A program made the translations under genes and the position numbers. A DNA stretch of 64,000 bases from Candidatus Cloacimonadales bacterium (GTDB lineage Bacteria; Cloacimonadota; Cloacimonadia; Cloacimonadales; WRIO01). Every line of letters starts with the position of its first letter. Within the stretch, counting starts at the first letter, position 1. Where the stretch lies: positions 23,795 through 87,794 of the forward strand of contig JBAZCP010000004.1 of NCBI GenBank assembly GCA_041654875.1, given 5' to 3'. The notes under the pieces are model-generated. The model ran no database searches. It was not told the origin of the DNA and worked only from the letters and a program-made list of their open reading frames with translations. Below, in pieces: positions 1-10,265 of the stretch.

Positions 1-426
1 TGCCCTTTCAACAGTATGATCGAATTCTTTTTTAAGCTGATAATTCTCTATTAATAAAGACTGATGTTCTTCAATTTTATCTAAGATGGAAGCAAGTTCT
101 TCTATTTCAACGGGTTTTTGTAGATAGTCGTAAGCACCGTTTCTTAATGCTCTTACAGCTGAATCAACATCGGCAAAACCAGTCATTAATACTACATCAG
201 TATTCTTGCCTTTTGTATCATTTTTAATTGATTCTAATAGCTTGTGCCCATCCATAAGAGGCATTTTTATGTCGCTTATAACAACAGGAAAATGCCTTTC
301 TTGCCATGCTTTAAAAGCTTCAACGCCATTAGTATAATCAAACACATTATGCCCAAGCTGTTCAGTAATGAAATCCTTTATTGCAATACGGCTCAGCTCT
401 TCGTCATCAACTAATAGAATATCCAT
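1..426 (-). CDS. Response regulator, receiver domain; C-terminal part is cut by the window edge
   Basis: Manual translation from ATG at 426-424 gives MDILLVDDEELSRIA...VVISDIKMPLMDGHKLL...YDYLQKP (CheY-like D-D-D...K pattern). GGAGGTG Shine-Dalgarno lies just upstream. The frame stays open to position 1. Confidence 0.85.
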   Translation of the reverse strand, partial: MDILLVDDEELSRIAIKDFITEQLGHNVFDYTNGVEAFKAWQERHFPVVISDIKMPLMDGHKLLESIKNDTKGKNTDVVLMTGFADVDSAVRALRNGAYDYLQKPVEIEELASILDKIEEHQSLLIENYQLKKEFDHTVERA

Positions 427-456
427 CTCACCTCCAGAAACAGATTTTAATATTTG

Positions 457-484
457 AAAAAATGCCGATATATACCGGCATTTT
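457..484 (-). terminator. Rho-independent terminator downstream of the DUF1292 gene
   Basis: 9-bp stem AAAATGCCG/CGGCATTTT around an ATATATAC loop, followed by a T-run on the minus strand. Confidence 0.6.
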
Positions 485-507
485 CAAAACAAAATTGTTA
501 AAGAAAA

Positions 508-849
508 TTATTCTTTATCGTCTTCATCAAAGTCATCATCTTCATCGTCATCAAAGTCTTCATCTTCATCGTCATACTCTTCAAATTGAGCTTCAAATTC
601 ATCTATAACTTTTGAAAACAACTCATCATCATCGATATTGATAATTTCTATCCCGTCTTCGTGCTCTTTATAGCCATAAACAAGATACTCATTTTGTCCT
701 TCAGGTAAAAGAGCAATATAGTCTTCTCCTTCATACTCCATAGTATCTAATACTAAGCACTCAAGAATAGTACCGTCTTCAAGTTCAAGATCAATAGTAA
801 TATCTTCTTCATTTGTTTCTACATTGTTTTTGTCATTAATATCAGCCAT
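508..849 (-). CDS. DUF1292-like small acidic protein
   Basis: The 113-aa ORF carries ITIDLELEDGTILECLVLDTMEYEGEDYIALLP, typical of DUF1292, plus a poly-D/E tail. Confidence 0.7.
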   Translation of the reverse strand: MADINDKNNVETNEEDITIDLELEDGTILECLVLDTMEYEGEDYIALLPEGQNEYLVYGYKEHEDGIEIINIDDDELFSKVIDEFEAQFEEYDDEDEDFDDDEDDDFDEDDKE

Positions 850-924
850 TTTTGACTCCTTACTTTTTTAAATGTGAATTCATATGTCTTATAAAAAATA
901 AGTCTTTTTTTAGCAAGTAAAATA

Positions 925-1428
925 TTAATTATTTTTGCTTTTTGGTAGAATAGCAAGACTCTTAACAAATTCATCATACTCTACATGTGGTGCAAGAAAG
1001 ACTATTAAGTTGATAATTTCGATCATTTTGGGAAATTGCATAGTTAAAAAGTACTTTTTTTCTTGTCCGTTTTCGATATAAAAAATATTAAAGCCTTTTG
1101 CTTTGCCTTTATATATTTCCATTTTTGTCATTCTTAGCCATGGTATAGTAACTGATTTTTTTGCCAAAAAAGTAAGTTTAAGCTCTTGTTCGTTGATAGT
1201 AATCTTATTAAGTGAAAATAAGTTTCTTGTAATAGAATCTAAAGCCAAAAAAGCTATAAAAAAAGGAACGATTTTCATAAATGTTGATGTGTTTTCATTT
1301 AATTTTGTAAAGATAACAAATATTGAGTAAATAATCAACAATATGCCCATTATTAATGCAAAATAACGCGAAAGCTTTGGGAAACTAACGCTTTTTGGTA
1401 ATTGATAAAGCTCATCAAACTGTTCCAT
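925..1428 (-). CDS. Hypothetical membrane protein
   Basis: 167-aa ORF with two N-terminal hydrophobic helices. It overlaps the stop of the upstream PHP gene, which suggests an operon. No family recognised. Confidence 0.5.
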   Translation of the reverse strand: MEQFDELYQLPKSVSFPKLSRYFALIMGILLIIYSIFVIFTKLNENTSTFMKIVPFFIAFLALDSITRNLFSLNKITINEQELKLTFLAKKSVTIPWLRMTKMEIYKGKAKGFNIFYIENGQEKKYFLTMQFPKMIEIINLIVFLAPHVEYDEFVKSLAILPKSKNN

Positions 1429-2248
1429 TTAAACCTCTCTTGCTGGCATGTCTTGCCTTTAATTCTTTAATGCAAACATCTGGTGCTGTATAATTTAGAT
1501 AATAAAAATCTGAGCCATGAAAATCTGAGCCACCTGTTCTTATCAGATTATTCTCTAAAGCTATTTGTTCGTAAAATTTAATTTGTCCTGTTGAGTGTGA
1601 TGCATAATACACTTCAATTCCTTCAACTCCCATATCAATAAACTCGTATAAGAGGCTATCATCTTCTAATCTTCCAGGATGGGCGACAACAGAAATACCA
1701 CCAGCTTTTTGGATTAAATCAACAGCGTAGGCAGTATCTATACGATATTTTGGCACATAGATTGGAGAGTCATTATTAAGATAGCGATCAAAAACACTTT
1801 TTATGGTTTTGCAAAAACCGTTTTCTATCAAAGCCCTTGCAATATGTGGGCGACCGATATATTTATGTTGTCCAGCATATTTCAATACGTCTTCCCACTT
1901 AAGGTCAATTCCCATTTGATTTAAATTTGAAACAATTTGCTTTGCTCTACCATAGCGACTATCATAGATTTTCCTTAGCATTTCGATAAATTCATCATTA
2001 TTTTCATCAAAATAATACGCTAATATATGAACATCACTCGATTGATAATTTGTGCTAATTTCAACTCCTGATATTAGCTCAAGAGGGTACTTAGCTAAAT
2101 ACTTTTTTGCTTCGAGATAACCCAAAATGCTGTCGTGGTCAGTTATCGATATATATTCATAGTGGTTTTCCCATGCAAGTTTTAATATTTTTTCTGGACT
2201 CAATTTGCCATCTGAAAAGTTTGTATGTAAGTGCAAGTCTATTTTCAT
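1415..2248 (-). CDS. PHP-domain metal-dependent phosphoesterase
   Basis: N-terminus MKIDLHLHTNFSDG, ISITDHD, AHPGR and a C-terminal GGSDFHG, matching the PHP histidinol-phosphatase-like motifs. Confidence 0.85.
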   Translation of the reverse strand: MKIDLHLHTNFSDGKLSPEKILKLAWENHYEYISITDHDSILGYLEAKKYLAKYPLELISGVEISTNYQSSDVHILAYYFDENNDEFIEMLRKIYDSRYGRAKQIVSNLNQMGIDLKWEDVLKYAGQHKYIGRPHIARALIENGFCKTIKSVFDRYLNNDSPIYVPKYRIDTAYAVDLIQKAGGISVVAHPGRLEDDSLLYEFIDMGVEGIEVYYASHSTGQIKFYEQIALENNLIRTGGSDFHGSDFYYLNYTAPDVCIKELKARHASKRGLNGTV

Positions 2249-3771
2249 TTGATTTCCTCTTCAAGTTTCCTGCAAATATCTTCAACTGCTCTGAAATTAA
2301 CTTTACCACTGGTTGCCAGTGGAATATTTTCAATTACGTGAAAACGTTTAGGTATTGCAATTGACGGTAAATGCTTTGCCATCATTTTTCTAACTTTTCT
2401 GTGGTCAATCTCAGCTGTGGTTACTGCTGCCACAATTTCTGCACCTTTAATAGAATCAGGTATTTCGACAACACAACATATGGTGCCTTCAGGCAAAACC
2501 ATATCCATGACACTCTCAACTTTTGTTAAAGAAATCATTTCTCCAGCTATCTTTACAAATCTTTTTAATCTGCCGCGATGATATAAAAAGCCCTCATCAT
2601 CGAGCATTCCCATATCTCCAGTATCATACCAACCGTTTCGTATGCGTAGAGAAGTTTCTTCAAAATCTCCAAAATAGCCTTTCATTACAGAATTTCCTTT
2701 TACTAATATTTTCCCTTCTTCTCCTGGTGCACACTCTGTATCTGTATCAATATTAACAATTTTCACTCTCATACCAGGTAGAGGCTTTCCAATACTGCCA
2801 AACTTATTTGCATCGGGTGTATTAGTAGATACAACGGGACTTGTTTCTGTTGTGCCATAACCCTCATATATGTGCAGATTATGATGTTTTAAGTACTCTT
2901 CTTGCGTCTGAGATTGCAACTTATCAGCACCAGCGATTGCATACCTTATTGAGTCAAAATCGCCTTTTGTTGATTTTTTGAGATACCAATAATAAAAGGT
3001 TGGTGTGGCAACCAACACACTAACCTTGTGTTTCCTTATAGAATCAACAATTGATTTGTAGTCTAACGGGTTAGCATGTGCTACAATTTTGCTGCCCAAA
3101 AATAGAGGAAGCCATAAATTAATAGTTAAACCAAACACATGAAAAAAAGGAAGATTTGCGATGAACACATCATTAGAAGAAACGCTTAATATAGCCATTA
3201 TTCCACTAATATTTGACATAATATTCTTGTGAGACAGCACTACTGCCTTTGGATCTTTTTCACTACCGCTTGTAAACAGTATTACAAGCTCATCTTCTTC
3301 TGTGCCTCCACTTACAATGCTTTTTAAAACAAAAGTAGGTAGTTTAGATATTGCAGCTGCCTTAATTTTCTCGAGAGGATTGATTTTTTTTACCAATTCT
3401 TCTAAAAATACCATTCCTTTAACTGGCTCCTCTTGAATCTTTTCTAAGAGCTTCTCACTTGTCAAAATAGTTCTTATATTGCATTTCTTTTGAGCATAAA
3501 GACAGTTTTGGGATGCACCTGTTGAATAGTTAATCATCACAGGTGTTTTGCCAGCAAATAAAGTTGCAAGTATTGCGATAGTACACCCAGCGGATGGAGG
3601 CAGCATAATGCCGATATACTTGCTTTTATAATGCTTTACTTTGTTTGCCATTAATAAGGAAGCTATTAATAATTTGCTATAGGTGGTATCACTGCCTGTC
3701 ATCTGTTCATGTATTGCTACTTTTTGTGGATATTTCTTTGCACATTCAATAAATTTATGATGTAATAACAT
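2245..3771 (-). CDS. AMP-dependent synthetase/ligase (acyl-CoA or acyl-ACP synthetase family)
   Basis: 508 aa with LFTSGSEKDPKAV (AMP-binding P-loop-like), YGTTETS and TGDMGMLDDEGFLYHRGRLKRFVKIAGE motifs. Confidence 0.85.
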   Translation of the reverse strand: MLLHHKFIECAKKYPQKVAIHEQMTGSDTTYSKLLIASLLMANKVKHYKSKYIGIMLPPSAGCTIAILATLFAGKTPVMINYSTGASQNCLYAQKKCNIRTILTSEKLLEKIQEEPVKGMVFLEELVKKINPLEKIKAAAISKLPTFVLKSIVSGGTEEDELVILFTSGSEKDPKAVVLSHKNIMSNISGIMAILSVSSNDVFIANLPFFHVFGLTINLWLPLFLGSKIVAHANPLDYKSIVDSIRKHKVSVLVATPTFYYWYLKKSTKGDFDSIRYAIAGADKLQSQTQEEYLKHHNLHIYEGYGTTETSPVVSTNTPDANKFGSIGKPLPGMRVKIVNIDTDTECAPGEEGKILVKGNSVMKGYFGDFEETSLRIRNGWYDTGDMGMLDDEGFLYHRGRLKRFVKIAGEMISLTKVESVMDMVLPEGTICCVVEIPDSIKGAEIVAAVTTAEIDHRKVRKMMAKHLPSIAIPKRFHVIENIPLATSGKVNFRAVEDICRKLEEEIK

Positions 3772-3909
3772 AATACCTCTTTATATATTTGTTTTTTTGT
3801 GATTCATAGTTGATTCTATGATGTTTTTCTTTACACATATTATTATACATTCTCCTTTTTGTTACCACTATTGCTTTAAAACAGTAAAATAACCTTAATA
3901 TTTGGTTTA

Positions 3910-4650
3910 TTAATCAGTTCTTTTATTATCAAAATACAGTAATTCAATTTTATCCCCTTCTATTAAAATATAGCTCATATGAATTATCCAGTCGCCTGAG
4001 TTTAAATAATAGCCTCCTGGCAATGAAAGCACCTTTGGTTTGTGTGAATGACCCATAATGATAAGATCATAGCTTTTGAGCATTACTTTGGCAAAAGATA
4101 TCATACCATTTTCTTTTGAATTTTGTAAGCCAATAGGCTCTTTTCGTTTTCTACTTGAACGAGATAGCAATTTACCCAGATAAAGGCTAATTGATGGATG
4201 TATCGTTTTTACAATTAGCTTTACAACAAAACTTCTTACTATTTTACGAAATACTTGATATCTTATATCATTTACCGTATGCAAATCTCCGTGTGTTACA
4301 TAATAGTTTTTGCCATCTATCTCTTCTCCAAAAAAGTCATGATAAAGCTCGATACCAATAGTATCTGACAAGAATGTTCCAAACCAAAAATCATGATTTC
4401 CAGATACATATATAATTCGTGTTCTGTTTTCTATTAAGTCAGCAAGTATCTTGATAAAAGCAAAATAGTCTTTAATAATAACACTGTTCCACTCTATCCA
4501 AAGGTCAAATATATCCCCATTTAAAATAAGAATGTCACAATTATTTATTAAAGATTTTAAAAACTTACAAACAGTTTCATATCGTATTCTATCTTCAATA
4601 TTCCCTGCATATTTGAGATGAAAATCAGAAGCTATGACAATCTTTTTCAC
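3910..4650 (-). CDS. lpxH: UDP-2,3-diacylglucosamine diphosphatase-like metallophosphoesterase
   Basis: 246 aa with SDFHL, NGDIFDLW, GNHDFW, HGD and GHSH calcineurin-like motifs in LpxH order. Confidence 0.7.
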   Translation of the reverse strand: MKKIVIASDFHLKYAGNIEDRIRYETVCKFLKSLINNCDILILNGDIFDLWIEWNSVIIKDYFAFIKILADLIENRTRIIYVSGNHDFWFGTFLSDTIGIELYHDFFGEEIDGKNYYVTHGDLHTVNDIRYQVFRKIVRSFVVKLIVKTIHPSISLYLGKLLSRSSRKRKEPIGLQNSKENGMISFAKVMLKSYDLIIMGHSHKPKVLSLPGGYYLNSGDWIIHMSYILIEGDKIELLYFDNKRTD

Positions 4651-4799
4651 TTAATCGTTTCCTTTTCGTCATATCTTTGTTTATTATAATGCTTTATGAT
4701 AACATTATTTTTAGATAGTCGAAATAAAATATTGATTAGATTCATTGCCTTTACCTTTTTTATAATACACATCTAACAGCAAGCACATATAATACTCCT

Positions 4800-5471
4800 T
4801 CAATTTTGAGTGTTTGTAAGATAGTAAAATAGAATATTAGTCCCAAACTTCAATGCTGCTTCTTTGACTTCTGGTGGGTCATCGTGAGTAGAAAAATCAG
4901 CCCATCCATCACTTATATTAGATTCAAAAGAGTATAGAACCATAATTCTTCCCTCGTCTGAATATAGTGCAAATAGCTGTGGTCTTTTGAGATCATGCTC
5001 GTGAATTTTTGGTATTCCTTGTGGGAAATTAAAGAAACAATTATATAATTTGTGATTATTTGGAAGCTCTACAAAAGATTTTTCAGGGAACACCTTTTTC
5101 ATTTCTCTCCTGAATGATTCATCCATGCCATAATCATCATCTGCATACAAAAAAGCACCACTTTCCAAATGTCTTCTTAAAGCTATTACTTCATTGGAAG
5201 AAAACTTTATATTACCGTGCCCTGTTATAAATAGAAATGGATATTCGTATAGCTTTTTGTCATTAAGTTTAATGTTTTTATCTTTAATTGAAAAATCGGT
5301 GAATATATGCTTGTTTGCAAATAGTGCAAGGTTTGGCAAAATCTCTGGATCGTTGTACCAGTCGCCGCCTCCATCATACTGAATACGTGCAAGCTGCATG
5401 CTATCTTTAGCCCAAATACTCACAGATAAAAGAATAATAATTAGCAAAAAAAGTTTATTATATTTTAACAT
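4800..5471 (-). CDS. DUF4159-like secreted protein
   Basis: Signal peptide, then QYDGGGDWYNDP, YPFLFITGHGN and LYADDDYG, as in DUF4159. Confidence 0.6.
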   Translation of the reverse strand: MLKYNKLFLLIIILLSVSIWAKDSMQLARIQYDGGGDWYNDPEILPNLALFANKHIFTDFSIKDKNIKLNDKKLYEYPFLFITGHGNIKFSSNEVIALRRHLESGAFLYADDDYGMDESFRREMKKVFPEKSFVELPNNHKLYNCFFNFPQGIPKIHEHDLKRPQLFALYSDEGRIMVLYSFESNISDGWADFSTHDDPPEVKEAALKFGTNILFYYLTNTQN

Positions 5472-6429
5472 TTTTCTCTATCTGTTTTTCACTGCCTAAA
5501 TTTAATTTACGCATTCTAAAACCATCTCCCATAACATCTGAAACATCTGTTAGAGTAAGAAAAGCTGATGGGTCATGTTCTTTTATAAGATCAATTAAAG
5601 GGGATACTTGGTTTCTACTCAATACGCAAAAGATAATATCTTGAGGTTCTCCTGAATACCCACCTTCACCTTTAAAGATTGTCACACCTCTATTTATCTG
5701 TTGTATAATAATCTGCTTAATTACATCTGTCTTTTTTGTAACAATAAATGCACCTTTTACATAAGGCAAGCCTTCACTTGTTAAGTCAGCCATTTTGGAG
5801 CTGATAAAAAGATTGATATAGCCAAAAATTACTATTTTGGGGTCTTTAAAAATAATACCTACTGTGAATATTATGAAGGACTCTACTATCCAATAGGCTC
5901 TTCCAATCGAGACACCAGTTTTATGTTGGAGAAGTGCTACAGGCACATCTGTACCGCCTGTTGAGCCACGAAATCTGAATATCAAGCCCAAGCCCATACC
6001 CAAAAGTACTGCACCTGTAATTGCTGAAAGCAAGATATCTGAGGGTGGTAAAAAAGCAATAATTGTACTATCTCCTATATGATGAGTATACTTGGCAATA
6101 TCCTTTATAAAGCCAAACTTTGCCAAGTTTTGCAAACTCATAAAGTCAGTTAAGAGAGAGGTAATTAGCATTCCAAAAATTGTCTTTGCACCAAAAGATT
6201 TACCTATAAAAATCATGCCGATTATAAAAAGTGGGATATTGCATACAATCATAAATGCACCAACAGGAATACCAAATAAGTGATAAAAAATCTGTCCTAA
6301 GCCTCCTAATCCGCCAGGAGTCATCTTATATGGTATCAAAAACCACGAATAGGCAATTGCAAATATCACCGCACCAAAACACATTCCAAGATATTCTGGT
6401 ATTGATTTAAAATAGTTTTTATGTTTCAT
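5458..6429 (-). CDS. YitT-family membrane protein (DUF161/DUF2179)
   Basis: 323 aa, polytopic, with a PGGLGGLGQI motif and a C-terminal soluble DUF2179-like domain (VTIFKGEGGYSGE). Confidence 0.75.
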   Translation of the reverse strand: MKHKNYFKSIPEYLGMCFGAVIFAIAYSWFLIPYKMTPGGLGGLGQIFYHLFGIPVGAFMIVCNIPLFIIGMIFIGKSFGAKTIFGMLITSLLTDFMSLQNLAKFGFIKDIAKYTHHIGDSTIIAFLPPSDILLSAITGAVLLGMGLGLIFRFRGSTGGTDVPVALLQHKTGVSIGRAYWIVESFIIFTVGIIFKDPKIVIFGYINLFISSKMADLTSEGLPYVKGAFIVTKKTDVIKQIIIQQINRGVTIFKGEGGYSGEPQDIIFCVLSRNQVSPLIDLIKEHDPSAFLTLTDVSDVMGDGFRMRKLNLGSEKQIEKNVKI

Positions 6430-6787
6430 ATATTAACCTCTTAATTCCATTTTATATATTTCAAAAAATCAGTCAATATAATTCATTATAATTTTGTTAT
6501 CGTTTGTTAAAAGTTGTGTTTTTTCATATTCAAAGGTTTTTTAACTGAGCATTATCACTTTCAAAATATTTAGTTCATTTATGATTGCTATTTAGTATTT
6601 TTGATAAACTAATTGTTTAGTCATCATTTTTTTTTCAAAATATTGTAGAATATATTATTATTATTTTTCACAGAAATGCTGACCAAAAATGTTTCATAAC
6701 TTACGTAAAGCAAAGGCTTTCAAAAATAATAACCCAGTCATAAAATGAGAGGAGACTATAATTTTGAAAAAAAGAATTAAAAAACTA

Positions 6788-6815
6788 TTGACATAGTTTT
6801 TATTTCGTGTAATCT
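6788..6815 (+). promoter_or_regulatory. Sigma70-like promoter upstream of nuoE-like gene
   Basis: TTGACA at 6788-6793, a 16-nt spacer, then TAATCT at 6810-6815. Confidence 0.4.
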
Positions 6816-6883
6816 TTGCACAAAAATAAATATAGATTATTAAAATGGGGAATATGATAATCTATATAAAGGAAGGAGATAGA

Positions 6884-7342
6884 ATGTACGAATCAATTTT
6901 TAAGAAGTACACGCCTGAAAGAGAAAACCTAATTTATATTCTACATGAAATTCAGGACAATCATCCTCAACAATATATATCTGAAGAAGCTATTAACGCT
7001 GTGGGGAAATATCTTCGTATAGCACCATCACACATATTTGGTGTTTTAACGTTTTATACTATGTTTAGTACAAAACCAAGAGGTAAACATATTATCCGGC
7101 TCTGTGAATCACCTCCATGTTTTTTAAAGGGCTCAGACAAAATCATTGCAAAGCTTCGTGAAATCTTAAATGTACGAGTCGGAGAAACAACAATAGACAA
7201 TTTATTTACTTTAGAAATATGTGCCTGTTTAGGTGTCTGTGGTAATGCACCCGTGATGATGATAAATGAAGATGTATATGGGGATTTAACTGAAGATAAA
7301 GTTGAAGCAATTATTAATAAACTGAAGGGAGAAGAAAAATGA
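6884..7342 (+). CDS. nuoE: NuoE/HndA-like [2Fe-2S] thioredoxin-fold subunit
   Basis: CESPPC ... CACLGVCGNAPVMMIN cysteine pattern. I prefer the start at 6884 (GGAAGGAG SD at 6871-6878) over the track start at 6845. Confidence 0.85.
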   Translation: MYESIFKKYTPERENLIYILHEIQDNHPQQYISEEAINAVGKYLRIAPSHIFGVLTFYTMFSTKPRGKHIIRLCESPPCFLKGSDKIIAKLREILNVRVGETTIDNLFTLEICACLGVCGNAPVMMINEDVYGDLTEDKVEAIINKLKGEEK

Positions 7343-8904
7343 AAATCTATAGAAGTCATATTCTCCTTGCAATTGATGAGTCTGCAAAGCTTGCAGGCGT
7401 TGCAGAATTTAAAAGACAACTCGAACAAAAGCTTATTGACTATAGCTTAAACAGTGAAGTAAAAGTGTTGGAAACAGGTCCATTAGGTCCTCTTGGTTCA
7501 GGCATTTGTATGTCAATTTATCCAGAAAATTCAATATACATTAAAGTTAAAATTGAAGATATTGATGAAATTATCAACGAACACCTAATCAAAGGCAGAG
7601 AGCTAAAGAGACTTTTGTACAACAAAGAAGCTGTTGAGAAATATAACTATAACTATGAAAATAGAATAGTTTTAGATAATTCAGGCTTAATTGATCCAGA
7701 AAACATTGAAGAATACCTTGCAGTTGGAGGTTATGAAGCTTGGGAAAAAGCTTTAACAAAGATGACACCTAATGATGTGATTGATGAAGTTAAAAAGTCT
7801 GGATTACGTGGACGTGGAGGAGCAGGATTTCCAACAGGACTAAAATGGAGTTTTACGGCTCCTATTGAATCAGACGAAAAACTTATCGTCGTCAATGCTG
7901 ACGAAGGTGAACCTGGCACATTTAAGGATAGATTAATCATGGAAGGTGACCCTCACAAACTTCTTGAAGGTGTAATGTTGGCTGCATATGCTGTTGGTGC
8001 AAATTTAGGCTATGTATATATTCGTGGAGAGTATAGACTATGTATTAGCCGTATCAAAAAAGCGATTGAACAATGTAAAGAATACGGAATTTTGGGAGAT
8101 AATATATTTAATACTGGTTTCAATATGGATATTTTGATAAAAATCGGTGCAGGTGCTTATGTTTGTGGCGAAGAAACAGCTTTGATTGAGTCTATGGAAG
8201 GATTTAGAGGCACACCTCGAACAAAACCACCATTCCCTGGAGTAAAAGGAGCATGGCAAAAGCCGACAGTAGTTAATAACGTTGAGACGCTTTCCAATAT
8301 ACCTTTTATCATAAAAAACGGCGCAGATGAATATCTGAAACATGGACCTGCAGATTCACCAGGAACAAAAGTGTACACAATTATGGGTGATGTTGCATAT
8401 CCAGGCTTATGTGAAGTAGATATGGGCGTCACACTAAGGGAAATAATTGATCAGTATGGCGGTGGAATCAGAGAAGGCAAGAAGTTCAAAGCTGCACTTG
8501 TTGGAGGTGCTGCAGGTGTATTCTTGCCAGACAAGCTACTTGATGTAAAAATGGATTACACAAGCTTAAAAGAATACTCTGCTGTGCTTGGATCAGGAGC
8601 AATTCTCGTGATTGGAGATGACTTTAGCATTGTTGAAATGCTATACGCTGTAATCAGATTCTTTAGACATGAGTCATGCGGAAAATGTAGCCCTTGTAGT
8701 AAAGGTACTCAAGAATTATTTATTATTATTAATAGAATAAGAAATGGCTTTGGCAAAAAAGACGACTTAGACAAAATGCTACTTTTGGCTGATACTATGT
8801 TACACACATCTTTCTGTGCTTTAGGTCAATCTCTTATTATGCCAATCAAATCTGCTTTAGATAATTATATGGATGAGTTTTTGGCAATGATTAAAGAAGA
8901 TTAA
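7339..8904 (+). CDS. nuoF: NuoF-like NADH-binding flavoprotein subunit with N-terminal extra domain
   Basis: GLRGRGGAGFPTGLKW (FMN/NADH site) and ESCGKCSPCSKG ... FCALGQS (N3 4Fe-4S). The start overlaps the nuoE stop. Confidence 0.9.
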   Translation: MKIYRSHILLAIDESAKLAGVAEFKRQLEQKLIDYSLNSEVKVLETGPLGPLGSGICMSIYPENSIYIKVKIEDIDEIINEHLIKGRELKRLLYNKEAVEKYNYNYENRIVLDNSGLIDPENIEEYLAVGGYEAWEKALTKMTPNDVIDEVKKSGLRGRGGAGFPTGLKWSFTAPIESDEKLIVVNADEGEPGTFKDRLIMEGDPHKLLEGVMLAAYAVGANLGYVYIRGEYRLCISRIKKAIEQCKEYGILGDNIFNTGFNMDILIKIGAGAYVCGEETALIESMEGFRGTPRTKPPFPGVKGAWQKPTVVNNVETLSNIPFIIKNGADEYLKHGPADSPGTKVYTIMGDVAYPGLCEVDMGVTLREIIDQYGGGIREGKKFKAALVGGAAGVFLPDKLLDVKMDYTSLKEYSAVLGSGAILVIGDDFSIVEMLYAVIRFFRHESCGKCSPCSKGTQELFIIINRIRNGFGKKDDLDKMLLLADTMLHTSFCALGQSLIMPIKSALDNYMDEFLAMIKED

Positions 8905-8908
8905 GAAT

Positions 8909-8940
8909 AAAAAAAGGTGCGGTTCAACCGCACCTTTTAT
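8909..8940. terminator. Bidirectional intrinsic terminator between nuoF and serS
   Basis: Stem AGGTGCGGT (8915-8923) / ACCGCACCT (8927-8935), flanked by an A-run on the 5' side and a T-run on the 3' side. Confidence 0.8.
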
Positions 8941-8987
8941 TTATTATCAACCTGTTTAGTATTGAATACCTTACTATCAAATATTCA

Positions 8988-10265
8988 TTAATCTTCTACA
9001 CTAATCACTTGTAACCCATGCATATAAGGTACAAGCACATCGGGCACAGTGATAGTGCCATCTTCATTTTGATAATTTTCTAATATTGCGATAAAAGTAC
9101 GCGGTGTAGCTAAGCCTGACCCATTTAAAGTGTGTACAAACCTTACTTTTCCATCTGTATCTCGAAAACGTATAGATGCACGTCTTGCTTGAAAATCAGT
9201 AAAATTTGATACAGATGAAACTTCAAGGTATTTTTGAGCACCAGGTGCCCACACCATCAAATCATAAGTCTTGGCAGATGCAAAGCTCATATCTCCCGTA
9301 CACAACGATAACACATGATATGGCAATTTTAAAGCTTGTAATATCTCTTCTGCATCATTACACATCTCCTCTAACACTTCCCAAGATTCATCTGGATGCA
9401 CAAATCTCACCATTTCAACTTTATTAAATTGATGTAATCTTTGCAAGCCTTTTGTATCTTTGCCGTAAGAACCTGCTTCACGCCTAAAACAAGGAGTATA
9501 TGCGACTAATTTCTGAGGTAATTTATTGTATGGCATAATCTCATTAGAAAAAAGGTTTGTTACAGGGACTTCAGCTGTTGGTATCAAAAAGAAATCGTCT
9601 TCATTGATATGATACATATCATTTTCAAGTTTTGGTAGCTGCCCTGTGCCAGTCATAGTTTCCCTATTAACAATTAAAGGAACCATCACCTCTCTATACC
9701 CATGTTTTTTAATATGAAAATCTAACATAAAATTAATCAGAGCCCTCTCTAAAAGAGCTCCTTGACTATTATATACAGGAAATCCGCTACCAGAAATCTT
9801 TGCTCCACGAATTATATCTAAGAGATTATTTTGTTCTGCTAATTCGGTATGTTCTTTTGGCTCAAAATCGAATTCTCTTTTCTTGCCCCATTCTCTTACA
9901 ATAATATTATCATCTTCACTTTTACCAATAATAACACTTTCGTGAGGGATATTTGGTATTGTAAGCATTGCAATTTCAAGTGCAGTATTTATGTTAGACA
10001 AGTTTGTTGACAAATCTTTTATATCTGCAGCCATATTTTGCATCTCATTTAATAAGCTGCTTGCATCTTTTTTCTCTTTTTTTAAAGTTCCAATCTCTTT
10101 TGATACACGGTTTTGCTCTGCTTTAAGGTTATCAAACTCAAATTGAGCCTTTCTCTTTTTATCATCAAGCTCTAAAATGGCATCAATATCGGCTTTTTCA
10201 TTCTTGTTTTTTATAGCTTGTCTTACTAAATCGACATTTTCTCTGATAAGTTTTAAATCTAACAT
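8988..10265 (-). CDS. serS: Seryl-tRNA synthetase
   Basis: 425 aa. N-terminal coiled-coil MLDLKLIREN, class II core motifs (FRREAGS, GSGLATPR) and typical length. Confidence 0.95.
   Translation of the reverse strand: MLDLKLIRENVDLVRQAIKNKNEKADIDAILELDDKKRKAQFEFDNLKAEQNRVSKEIGTLKKEKKDASSLLNEMQNMAADIKDLSTNLSNINTALEIAMLTIPNIPHESVIIGKSEDDNIIVREWGKKREFDFEPKEHTELAEQNNLLDIIRGAKISGSGFPVYNSQGALLERALINFMLDFHIKKHGYREVMVPLIVNRETMTGTGQLPKLENDMYHINEDDFFLIPTAEVPVTNLFSNEIMPYNKLPQKLVAYTPCFRREAGSYGKDTKGLQRLHQFNKVEMVRFVHPDESWEVLEEMCNDAEEILQALKLPYHVLSLCTGDMSFASAKTYDLMVWAPGAQKYLEVSSVSNFTDFQARRASIRFRDTDGKVRFVHTLNGSGLATPRTFIAILENYQNEDGTITVPDVLVPYMHGLQVISVED

Noticed and set aside
6751-6800. A tiny ORF with a GAGGAG SD (TTG-KKRIKKLLT-stop) upstream of nuoE.
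   Set aside because: It has only 10 codons, uses a TTG start, and overlaps the predicted -35 element. I have no basis to call it a leader peptide.
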